Shown here: in pieces, positions 46,947-58,927 of the stretch
Layout: the number at the start of each line of letters is the position of its first letter
Numbering within the stretch: position 1 is the first letter of the stretch
Origin: Magallana gigas
Taxonomy: Eukaryota
NCBI RefSeq assembly: GCF_963853765.1
Contig: NC_088858.1
Span: 53,878,001 to 53,942,000, forward strand
Direction of reading: 5' to 3'
DNA: 64,000 nucleotides
Notes under the pieces: model-generated
Database searches by the model: none
What the model was told of the DNA's origin: nothing
Seen by the model: the letters and a program-made list of their open reading frames with translations, nothing else
Program-made: the position numbers and the translations under genes

Positions 46947-48319
46947 GCAGAAAGGATTGAAACATACAACAATGATAGAAATTTAACTGCAGAAGATGAT
47001 GAAGGAAGTCCCATCGGGAAAGATGCAAAATGATGATGATAGAAATTAAGCAGAAAGTTTGAAAAGTACAATAATGAAAAATGGTTCATAGAGTTGATAG
47101 GATATTTTTGGTAGTTTAGACAAAAGACTGTGAAGAAAATGGCTGCAATGAGAGCCAAGTGTTTGTCTATTTAGGTTGTTATTGTTAAGTTCTTGTGCAT
47201 TACTGTTTTGCTTGTTTGTAATACAAAGATCTGTATTAATGTTTTACCTGCTGTAGATCTAGATATATGTCTATATTCCTGGGGTAGGTCCCCCTATATC
47301 TGGCTCATCATGAGTGATTGTAGTCGTTTTGCTAGAATTTCTTGATGATTGTCAAATGTCGTATCAGAACCACTGATGAGGTTTAGTCAGGATGATGCTG
47401 TTTGATAACAAGTAATCTTTGTTATCTTCTTAGTTATGCAAGTCTAGTTTTATACATTGAGGTTATTATAAGCTTATTGTAGTTATATATGTATAAACTC
47501 GTAACATCTCAAACCAACCATTTCTTCCCGTCTGTAGCCCTGTGAAGTTGTTTACTCTGTAAAGCTGGTATGTTCAACCATCACCTGTTCAAACTGACCT
47601 GAGTTCATCCCATTTTCAAAGCAATGACCTACATTCATAAATTGTTCCAGCTTTTCCCCTTCCTTTTTTTATTGCAATTCAATCTGTGACCTTAAACACA
47701 TCAAACTCTTGTTATATGGAGTGATATACATGTACTTCTATCATTATCAAACATTTTATGAATCACACTGAATTACAATAGTTCTATGCAATGGTGCCAG
47801 TATTATAGGTAATCTGTTGGAATTTGACTTCTGTGAGGGGTACGTTGGACAAGTAGTCAGCTGATTAGCTGGGGGATGATTAAGATGACTGTTTTCTGTG
47901 CCTTTGAGTTCTTCGCTCTGTAACCAGAATATGTGGGCTGTTTTTGTTTTATTACTAGTACAAGGTGCAATTTCAACCTCACAAGTTGTAGATACATTGT
48001 TTGGGATATTTTTATTTGCCTTTCATTTTACTGATTCAATCAAAAGTATAATAGATGGAAGAATGTACACTGTTATTTCCAAATATTCCTATACAAACAT
48101 TAGTCCTGTATAAACATTAGCTCTGTATTTTTCTACTGTTATTTATGTAGTACATGTATATTTGAGTGTGTTCTTCAGAAATCAGTTTAACTGAATATGA
48201 TTAAGTAGAAGATTACTATAAACTTGCAATGGGTACAGATATTTTGTCACATCTTAGTAATTTTATCAATTGTTTGCTTGTATGCATCCAATACATATAA
48301 CCCATGTGATGAATTCTAA

Positions 48320-48542
48320 TACTACAGAAACATTAGATTTCGTGGTGGCTCAATTTTCGGGGAATTCCTGGGTACCTTTCATCAGTGAATTAACATCCTC
48401 CATGAATTAATAAATTACTAATATGAAATCATATTTTATTTTGTAGGTATAAAATAACTCACGAAAATGTGTCCCCATGAACCAGTAAAATTTAAGCAAC
48501 CCACGAAAATTGACCCCCACGAATTTTAATGATTCCACAGTA
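48320..48542. mobile_element. MITE, same family as 755-976
   Basis: TAC...CATTAGATTTCGTGG / CCACGAATTTTAATGATTCCACAGTA inverted ends. Confidence 0.65.
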
Positions 48543-48823
48543 TTTAGCCATTTTTTTATTTTTGCCTTTATATACGCCTGGAACGAGGATAAAAAAATTG
48601 TCAGGTACTGGTATATGTCTAGAAAAGAATCTTCTATGCTTTGTAATGGATTGTGAGTTTGATCCTATCTCACAGAGTGTTATAAGAGGGAAAACTTCCA
48701 CACAAAGAGATGGAACAATCAAAAATCATTTCTCATCACAAATCCTGGAAGATATAATTGTATGTCATACATGGCATGTCTTATTTGTATATGATCCTGA
48801 CAATATTATGTATACTGTATCAT

Positions 48824-49000
48824 TTAGACATAGGTATGATCTAGACATAGGTATGATCTAGACATAGTTATATATGATCTAGACATAGTTATTTATGATC
48901 TAGACATAGTTATTTATGATCTAGACATAGTTATTTATGATCTAGACATAGTTATTTATGATCTAGACATAGTTATATATGATCTAGACATAGTTATATA
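48824..49000. repeat. 21-bp minisatellite (about 9 copies)
   Basis: TATGATCTAGACATAGTTAT(T/A) units. Confidence 0.9.
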
Positions 49001-50399
49001 TGTATACAATTATCTAAAGCTGTGATCAGATTATCTCTTTCATTTTGAATTTATCTTATTTTAGTGTACTAAAATACTTGATGAAGTGTTTGCCTTTATT
49101 TTAACTTTATTTTTATTTGGGATTATTTATTTGTGAAAGAGGGAGGAAGAGAGAGATTGGTTGTAGTTAGAGTGGTGCTGTGTCTGATTGTGAGGGTATA
49201 TCGTGGTCCATGGTGTTTCACTGACCAGACCGATGTACTTGTATACCATTTAATGACATACATTAGATATACATAAACTGTCAAACTAGGTAATGCTGTT
49301 ACCTATTTCTGGTACTCTCGGCATTTCATGTACCAATAAAATGGAATGTTCGGTCTTCTTCTTTCTATTGTTTGACCCGCTTGCTTGAGCAGATACCTGG
49401 ACTGTTGGGTATCACTGTCAGGACTGTCAGGGTGGGAGGGGGTTGTTCTCACAGACTGAGGGTCGTTTTCACCTGTATACCACGCTGTCTGTGTTCATCA
49501 AACCTCACCTATGTACTGTTATGTATATGCAATGCAGCTACATGAAGATGATCTTTAAAACCACTGCTAAATCAATGTTGAGATAAAACTGCTGCATTTG
49601 AAGTGAACCCTGCCGGGTAAATGAGATACATGTAAAATGCACATGTGTGTATATTCTAATCTGCATTATCGTAAATGTTCTAACTAAATGAACCAAGAGC
49701 TGTGTCTTTTGGATAGAATTTCTTTTGTATAAACACAACAATTGTGTAAGTAAACAATTAACTTGATAGAATCTCTGTATTATTGTAAATTTACCACCGG
49801 GATATCCTCAAACTTTTCACCAGTTCCTCTCGGAGTTATCTCGCTTTACTTGAATCGCCTTCCGTGCTACTCCCATAGCCGCTAGAGTCCTGGATTACCC
49901 CGATAATCTCGCAATGCTTATTTATCTTGCTCCCCGCTTATCTCTTAAAGCCACAAATCCCGTCTGTTTATGTATAACTATTTCCCCATTATCTGACAGT
50001 AGCAGCACACAAAAGGCAAACTAGTTCATGAACCAAGTGTGAATTCAATAATACGATCAACTGTATTTCTAAAGAGGAGCGTTGTTCAAATCTAATGTAC
50101 ACGTGAGATATGTAACAGAGAGCTTACAACATATTTCGTGATGAATTGTCCATTCAGCTGAAGGTTGCGCACATCAGTACTTGGTACTCTCTAATATAAT
50201 AACTGATGTATTATAAGTCTGTATCTCCCTTGCCGTTTAGGGCTTTCGTTCCATGGTCTGTTGCTGTGTTAGCTCGGTTGGTTCTGTTATACACTGGCTG
50301 TTTGGGCGTTTGCACTATAAGCCGCGTCTTATTAGCGGTGTATTCGTTGTTTGTCGTGTGGTATGTTGCTTTGTTTCTGTGTCATACACGGCTCATTTG

Positions 50400-50768
50400 T
50401 TGTGTGTTTTGTTGCTCTGTTAGCTGTATTGTATTTGGTTAATTTGTTCTGTGGCCTGTTGCTATGTTAGCTATATTGTACATGTATTTGGTTAATTTGT
50501 TCTGTGGCCTGTTGCTATGTTAGCTGTGTTGTACATGTATTTGGTTAATTTGTTCTTTGGCCTGTTGCTATGTTAGCTATATTGTATTTGGTTAATTTGT
50601 TATCTGGCCTGTTGCTGTGTTAGCTGTGTTGTATTTGGTTAATTTGTTGTGTTTTGTTGCTATGTTAGCTCTGTTGTATTTGGTTAATTTGTTCTGTGGC
50701 CTGTTGCCTTGTTAGCTGTGTTGTACATGTATTTGGTTAATTTGTTCTTTGGCCTGTTGCTATGTTAG
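50400..50768. repeat. 46/52-bp minisatellite
   Basis: TGTTGCTATGTTAGCTGTGTTGTA(CATGTA)TTTGGTTAATTTGTTCTGTGGCC units. Confidence 0.85.
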
Positions 50769-51986
50769 ATGTAAGAAGTGTTTTGTATAGTTTGTTTTCA
50801 GTTAGTGATGTTGTACACAGTTTTATTTATTTGTTACGTGTTCATTTATTAAGTTGTAAATGGTTTATTTGCAGTGTTGTCATTTGTACATTTTGTTGTG
50901 TTGCTGCTGACTTTTGTTTTGTTTCTCTCGTTATATTTTTTTTTCTGAGTGTGCTCTGATTTTTTATAACTTATTATGACCTGTAGCAATAGAGCAAGCC
51001 GAACTATACAGAGATGCGCACTTTATGTTACACAAAGTAAGGTTTACATCATGTTGCAGGGCCATGGTTACATTACACAGATTGTAAGTGTTACGGAAAA
51101 GCTTCAAATATGTCGAGCAGATTGTCCGTCACTGTGACAGTGTGTTATGTGCTGTCAAGTTGTACTTATGTCAGCAAGGTGTGTATTTTATGGTCTCTAA
51201 TTAACCTTCTAAAACGCCGATATCCGCACTGGAAACTAACAAGCTTTTATTGGAAATCAAACAATAATATTACAAATCAAACAACGCTGAATGAGATAGT
51301 CAAATATTTTTCCGTGTAGATAATCCCAAGAGGCGGACACTACTCGGCTGATTTTCTGCTCACTGCCGCACTCGGGGGAGGGGGTCTTGTTTAGGAGGTA
51401 TTCTCTCTTGCTCGAGATTGGCTATTTATCAAGTAGAAGGCGAACGTGGTAGTCACCAGTGGATTATCAGGAAGTCTTTGGGATCGAGATGATCGTTTAA
51501 ATCGACAAAAAGAGTACTTTTAGATTAGTTGAGACTAGAGATTCAGTTTGAAATAAAGTTGAGCCATTGGAGATAACTTGGTCGCGTAAAATAGCGGCAA
51601 TTTATACGTTGACGTCGGTCCAAGGTCGGCGTCTGTCCGTAATTACATGCAATATGTCGATAAATTTCTGGGATAATGTTGTACATTATTCTCAATCAAG
51701 ATGTCAGGTGCTTATTAGTCCTAGATTTACTGTGTTTGTAAGTCAAGACAACAGAGACGGGAATTGTGTCCCTTGTTTGGAAGCTGGTTGTCGTACACGG
51801 CCGGTCACCGTGTTAACACTACGGGAAAGTCACATTCCGGCACACCGCTGGTTTCCGGTCCTGTACAACACTGAGCAGTGTCACAGATTACAAACCGTAC
51901 ACGTGTAATTAGACAGACTGGTCTTATTAGAAATATGCGGAAATGTTGGAATGGAAGGACAAAAGAAACGTACTTTAATTAACCTC

Positions 51987-52121
51987 NNNNNNNNNNNNNN
52001 NNNNNNNNNNNNNNNNNNNNNNNNNNNNNNNNNNNNNNNNNNNNNNNNNNNNNNNNNNNNNNNNNNNNNNNNNNNNNNNNNNNNNNNNNNNNNNNNNNNN
52101 NNNNNNNNNNNNNNNNNNNNN
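51987..52121. other. Assembly gap (135 N)
   Basis: Run of N. Confidence 1.
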
Positions 52122-54394
52122 TATATTTCTGGGATGAGCCTAATGCTTTGTATCTACTAAAATCCATTGTGTATTGTATTTCTTATCAATAAGAGATCTG
52201 GGCCAGATGGGGTGTAGGGAAAACTGTACTGTCAGCGGCGCAGGAATTAAGGATGTCTGCAACACGAGATCAGGGAGAAAAAGCAGCAAAATGATAACGG
52301 AACACAGCGCTCCAGAGACCAGGCAATTCCAACTGATGCAGGCCGATAAAAGACAGGCCCTTTTAGGGATTATGAGTACAGTCTCTTTAGTGGAGGGAAA
52401 GTAAGTGAAGCAAGGGATAATTTGGTTTTTAAGTTTCCCATATACCGAAAGGAGGACTAAGTGAGCGTAGTTAGGGTCCAAAATCACAACATCCATGTCC
52501 ATTTGTTCCACTTATTTTAAGCACTTCTGTTTTCTCTTCGGGATAACTGGGGGGAGGGGGGCGTGTACATATACATCTAATATAAACAGTATTGCTGATA
52601 TGTATACTAAAATCCCCGAATAATATAATAGTTTCCTTTATGAACTCGCATAATTGGGACCGGGATCAACAGGTGTTACATGAAAACATCTATGTCTACT
52701 CATGGTTAAAGAATTATTTTCCTTTCTGTTAAATTCAAAAGGAAATCTGGATGTCGATGTTTTTGGTCCACGCTAGGACCACAATAAGAGTGGCAATCAC
52801 CTGTTCTCCAATTAACTCCAAGGAGCCAATGCCGGCTCGTCTGTCGACAGACGACATCTGGCCCGCGCCGTTGCCATGTCAACCAGAACGAGACTTGTGG
52901 CGGAATCTCACCTGAGCGTCCCGCCCTCGTAACTGTGATCAGAGCTGTGGGTGCCGGAATCAGCAGATGGTGGGGGTCCTGGGGAATTCGCCTCTCAACA
53001 GCTGGGGCATCTACAACAGGCAACCTGTGCGTGTTAAACAGGTGCGCTGCGGGTCCCAAGAAAATTGATTGAACAAGCAAGAAAACGACAAATTACGCTG
53101 ATCACAAACTTGACAATAAAGTCGGCCATTCTTACATCGATAAATCAAAGTAAAGAGTTGATCGGGGGAATTGTGCCCTAATTTTCCGATTTGTTAGACT
53201 TGGGAAACATTAAAGAACTGCTACAAGAAATCGCGCTATTTGCTTTCTCCTCAAATCCATCCTTGTCTTTATGTGGACGTTTTAATCTTCTTGCTATTAC
53301 TTGGCGATTTAAACGATTTTAACCACGTTTTAAATAGGTTTTGTACTCAAATGTTTCTTCGCTGTCAAATGATATCCCATATTATCGGTGGAAACAGGAA
53401 AAAGGAAGTGCTTTGAATAGATTAGACACAATGAATAAACATTTGGGTTTTACCTGTCCTTTAAAATAGATAATGCTCGATATTTCATATAGTTTGAATA
53501 ACCTTGTACCTCAGAGGTTTTAGACCTCCACAGGTGTCATAAGTAATTAGAGCAACAAAAACCGGCCTCCCCTACAGGAAACAACCAATGCTGGAGATAT
53601 CTCGCTCACATATATTTCATTCACTAATTTTCACGGGAATAACAAAACAATCCGCACCCTAAAACATGGTTCTTTTTATCTGAGTATTTGATGAATCTGC
53701 GGAGAGATTGGCCGTAATACGTCGAACTATTGCGGGCCAGAAATGGCCGTCAGCCTCCCAACCATCACACATAATCGTCGGCTTCACTGTCATTTGGTGG
53801 GTCCTTCTTTGACGAGAGGATGATAAGCTCTCATGGAATCTACATAGATTAATTGGTTGATTCTTTATAATCAATTCGTTAAAGGGAAAACCGAGAACTT
53901 GAACTTTGCGCCATCAGGTCGTTGGCGCCAAAATTAACAGGCGATAAAAGATGGGAGTTGTTTTAAGCTTGTAACCATATTGTCTTTCAGACAAAACATG
54001 CTATCAATAAGAGCCAGATTTTTACAGAGGATCAAGATTATGTTTCGTGCGCCTTATGACTGATTTGATTTGGATACTTGGAAATCTTGTAATCCATCCA
54101 TTGCTGTCTGTCGTGCGACTTGACTGCATGCATTTATAGTCGTAAAAAATCCTTCCCCCATCCCAATTAAGCACCAGGTGTTTCTAGTATCAACATTAAA
54201 CAAAAATAAAATGTTTATTAATCATTTATTGACGATTGCATAAAATATAGTTGAAATGAAAAAAACAAGGGATTTAATATCTTATCGTTTTGAGTGTGCA
54301 TTTCGGAAAATTGTAAAATTAAACAAACTATACTGAACATATATACATGGGTTTCTTGCACTCCATATCTGAAAAAGTTAAAAAGTTTATCCCT

Positions 54395-54448
54395 CATCTT
54401 CGCTAGCCAAGTGTCCGATTCGTTTCGGACACTTGGCTAGCGAAGATG
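54395..54448. mobile_element. 54-bp minimal hairpin MITE with 9-bp TSD
   Basis: Perfect 24-bp inverted arms, 6-nt loop, flanked by TTTATCCCT at 54386-54394 and 54449-54457. Confidence 0.85.
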
Positions 54449-57400
54449 TTTATCCCTATGCATCGTCTATTTATTTAATTAGATGACGTCCAGAATTTGT
54501 CTTGTTTTGATTGGACTGGAGACTGGATGTGGTACACAAATACCAAAAGGTGACCCGGTCTCGAGTCAATCGCTAGGAACAATACCCAGGAAATTAAACT
54601 CAATGCACAATTAGCTATAAAGTTACTGTAATTCTGCACCTAGAATTAAAAGTATTGATCTATGTTTGAGATAAACGTAAGCAATTTAATTAGCCGTACT
54701 AATGTTCGAAGAGTTTTACGGGGGCGTGGGAGTCGTTTCATCTGACCCTCTACGTGATGGGCGGGAGCCATTGGACGCACGGACTCCAGCTGCTGGAGTT
54801 TGCTGCAAGTGTAATGGGACTATAAAATGGCATAACACTTATATATACAATAAAACAATTGTCTAAACCTCAGCGGGATCGGTAGATATGGTAAAAAACG
54901 GTCTCTGATTATTTGAATGATTAAACTTTGGTAAATAATTACATTATTTAATCCATTTTACAGTACTGTTGCAGGTTTTATAAATAAGGATGTTATAACA
55001 TGACAGAATTGTGTCACGTCCTTGACCTACAACACAGGAGCAGCAGCCATGATGAGGTCGCTGCGTTGGATTACGCTGCACCGGGCTGTAACTTCGACTG
55101 ATTCTGCATGTGTTTTAGTCGTAATCTATTGACAGGTCGATCGATTCCATTTATTCTGAAAAACTCGGTGTCTCCTGCATGTGATTGTGTACATAGCACG
55201 GCCTTTAGCTCCACACAATGGCCGCGCCTTGCGGTGTCTACGGGTGCTATATAACTGTGTAGTAATGAATTCTATTACTGTGTAGTAATGAATTCTATAG
55301 ACCAGAAGTGAATCAGCAAAATGATACAAAATTAAAAGTCCAAATACAGAAGACAGTCATTTTAGGGTCCAGCACCAGCATCACAAATTATTCTGCTGAA
55401 TACAGAAAGGGGAGATACAGAAACTACAAACAGTCTAGCGAGAAATGAAGAAACATATTTTGGGATGATTTTATGACTTTTCTTGTCGCGGGCACCAGAG
55501 CATTACCATATTGTTTCTAAAGACGGAAACTGTCGGAAGTATATATCTCTATGTCAAAGAAAAAACCCCAACAAATTTTCATTGCATTCAATAGAAAAGC
55601 CAAATGATACACAAGGCTTCTTTGGTGCAATATTAAGGATTCCCTTAACAAAATCATTTTCAAGCTCAATAAGAATTAAAACAAACTCCAAGGATGAAGA
55701 CATTCAGGTACCAATGTGTACAAATTGGTCACATCCGGAATGGTCTTATACTTGTTCAGGCCTCTTTCAATAGTTTTATCATTTGGTGTTTTTGTTGGTG
55801 TTTTGTTCTTGTTTGTTTAGGGTTTATTTTTTGGTTTTGTTTTTGTTGTTGTTGGTTTTTGGGGTTTTTATTTTGGTTATTCGAAATCGTATTTTTCTGT
55901 GAATTCAAACAAGGACAACATCACTGATACTGTTGTTTATGTTTCTTTTTTATTTATTTATTTTTTGGGTCAAACTATAAAATTGCAGAATATTGCAAAA
56001 GTCTGCTGTGTGTATACTAGTACGTACTAGTTCTCGGAGGATTTATGGCCGTTTGTCCGTGAATTCAACACTTGTAGCAGAAACATCCGAGGATTTCCCC
56101 TAAGTTCATGTACGTATACTCAATGACCTACACGTTGTTCAACTAAAAGGCACTGCATCAAATGCGTGTAATAAAAGGACCCACCTGTTACTATGTATCA
56201 AATTTAATTGATTTTAATGCCGCAATAAAATAATTTTTCATAAACTTTTTATGCAAGTATTTTTTCAAAGGTCAATGGTACAGGCAATGTGGTCTGTTGG
56301 ATATAAGTTGTATCTTTGACCATATCCTGGAGATGTTTTATTCTTACGCTGACCTCTAAAGATTGTTTCAAGGTGAAATAAGAGGGAAAAAACACCCTAT
56401 GTGACTGGCGTGACTTTCCGTGTAGAGAATTATATTGCATTATATTTGTAGGTGTGTGTAAGAGAGAACTTGATACCCAAAGACCATTATAAGTGTACAT
56501 ATATGGAAAATGTAAGGTATGATATTCGGAGTGTAGAAAAACCAGAGAATATTGCAGTCTACTGGTTGTACAGTACCCGGAAGTTCAAAGTGTCTCTGAT
56601 TGCCATAGAATGTAGCTTTTTATAACGACCAAGCATGGAAAAAGTTTCTTCGTGATAAGGAGAAGGTTGGGGGTCGTATAAATATTCATAAATAGAATAG
56701 ACAGAAAATTATAGTTGATTCATAAATAAGTTTACGTCTCTGTATGTGTTTAAAACGCCATATTGTGGAACATTTTATCATAAAAATGATCTACTGAGAG
56801 AATTATAGATATACATTCTGCCTCCATCGATCCACTGCAATAAATATTGGAGGGACATTAGAACTGTTTATTGAGGCCTCAATTAATATGATTAACTTTT
56901 TCTTGCAGAATTTCCAAAAGTAACAGAGTAAGACGATAAAATTGCATGGCAAGAACATCGTTTCCCGGCAGTGCCCGAGCTTGCGCGGACCGCGGCCGTC
57001 TATGTAATTATTGAGGAGCCGTGTATTGCAAGGTTTCTGTAAAATATATATATTTTATTTTATTTTCTCCAGGGCCCCATTTACATTTCGCTATCGTGTT
57101 TAGGGACCACAAGAACAAGCAACCGAGCGGTTTATGAATAGATGGCCCCAGCGGGGCAATACGGTGCCGGGTTTGTGGGAGGTTCAACATTTGGCAGTGC
57201 TCCCATTCTGCAATTTCTGTAATAAATATCAATTAATTCAAATCTCATTGCATCTGTTTTTCAGACAGTTTCGGTATCTTCGATCTGTAAAAATTCAATG
57301 TTTGGCAATAAGTCCGCGCAGTGTATAAATACTAGAGTTATACATCAATAGTAAATTGGTCCTCCGGCACGGAGAACTATATCTCTTTCCCGGCAAACTG

Positions 57401-58475
57401 TTTTCTAAGTATTTTTCAAACTCTCTATTAAATGGATACTCAGAATTCACTACTTCCTGTGTTGACCGTTAGTAAACATGGCGCCTAATGGAGCTCACAT
57501 TCCGGAACTACTTTACGAGGGAATCCCTCCCGCCGCCATTCCTCTACATCCCTCCGATAATACAATCGCCAGCATCGGCAACATTATCGCTCTACAAATG
57601 AACGCAACGACGCATTTATTGCTATAACTAGGAAATGGAGAAGTCTTAAATAATTACTTTTACGCAACGATCGTTCGGGAAATCTTGGGAATCGATTAGG
57701 TAGATATGAAAAGGGACGGTTGGGGACGGGTGTCCGCTCTATCATATTAGTACCATCACCCTGCGGCCAGCGATTGTTAAAGTCCTTTCTGAGTGACCCC
57801 ACCCCTTTGGTCCTGGGAATATATTCTTCTATACGTATATTGTTTTATACCGACAGAGTCATTGCAAGCCATTAGTGTCCAAAATATGTATGTGCATCAG
57901 CGCAATGTTTAATCGCCTATTCAAATGTCCTCGACCTATCTAAAATAAAAACTAAAATAAAAATGGAAAAGCGCTCAGAAGCGAATGTTGCTACTGTTTA
58001 TTATTTCGCCTTCAAAATAAAGCACAATTCTATAGATTAATACAAAAATATTAAATATTTTGCATTGCCCACTATAAACACTTATGTTTTAGTTTTTATA
58101 TTTTACTAAATCAGTGATATAAGTGATATAACAGTAATTCCCACCGAAAGAACACGTCTTTGATAGATATCCCCATAGACCCCCCCCCCCCCCAAAAAAA
58201 AAAAAAAAAAAAATTAGTGTAGGGTTTCCCCTGGGCGGAAAATACAGTCCTGGTATAGACTTTTATCCTCCTGTTTCCGGAATTTCATCAACTGATGCTT
58301 CACAAAAACTCAATATATTAATTTACAGAGAACGTTTCCAAATATACATGTACATGAAATCGTATTTAAATAGTTATCGAGGAAAATTTGCTTGCATTTT
58401 GAATAAAATGTACATGTTATCAATTTTTTTGATAAAGGAAAAATGTGTGTCTACATTTAGTTTTTTGGGTTTTTT

Positions 58476-58506
<31 letters not shown>

Positions 58507-58555
58507 GGGGGTAAGATATATGATCAAAAATATTTTTAAGAATGAATATTTCTTT

Positions 58556-58927
58556 TTGTTATACTTTCATGTTAAATACTGAAATCTGATTGGTAAAGAC
58601 GCAGTTAATAATATTTTATATTACCCTCAGCGTTAGCAACGCACTTAGCAACGGGTAACATTAAAAATGTTACATGCGCGAAAATTATGCGCGTACGGTT
58701 CGCTGTAGAATTCACGTTATTCCTATATAAAAGCAGTAAAATTTTCTTAAAAATTTTAAAAAAGACATTCAGTATAACAAAATAAATAGTGCCTGTTTGG
58801 GAGGATAACAGTTGAAATTGACACCCCTCGAAAACCATTGTCAACCTCCGCTTCGCGTCGGTTGACAATGGTTTTCTCGGGGTGTCAATTTCAACTGTTA
58901 CCCTCCCAAACAGGCACTATTTATATA
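58556..58927. mobile_element. Second copy of the long-hairpin element (372 bp)
   Basis: About 4 substitutions and 2 indels versus 29877-30281. Near-perfect 141-bp palindrome at 58783-58923. Confidence 0.85.

Noticed and set aside
49303-49510. Terminal exon of a convergent minus-strand gene or a distal CCP1 exon
   Set aside because: Open frames exist on both strands, but there is no recognisable product, the minus-strand acceptors lack pyrimidine tracts, and no partner exons were found.
57478-57627. 49-aa ORF MAPNGAHIPELLYEG... with a good start context
   Set aside because: No homology recognised and no splice signals; AAACATGGCG is equally explained as a YY1-type motif.
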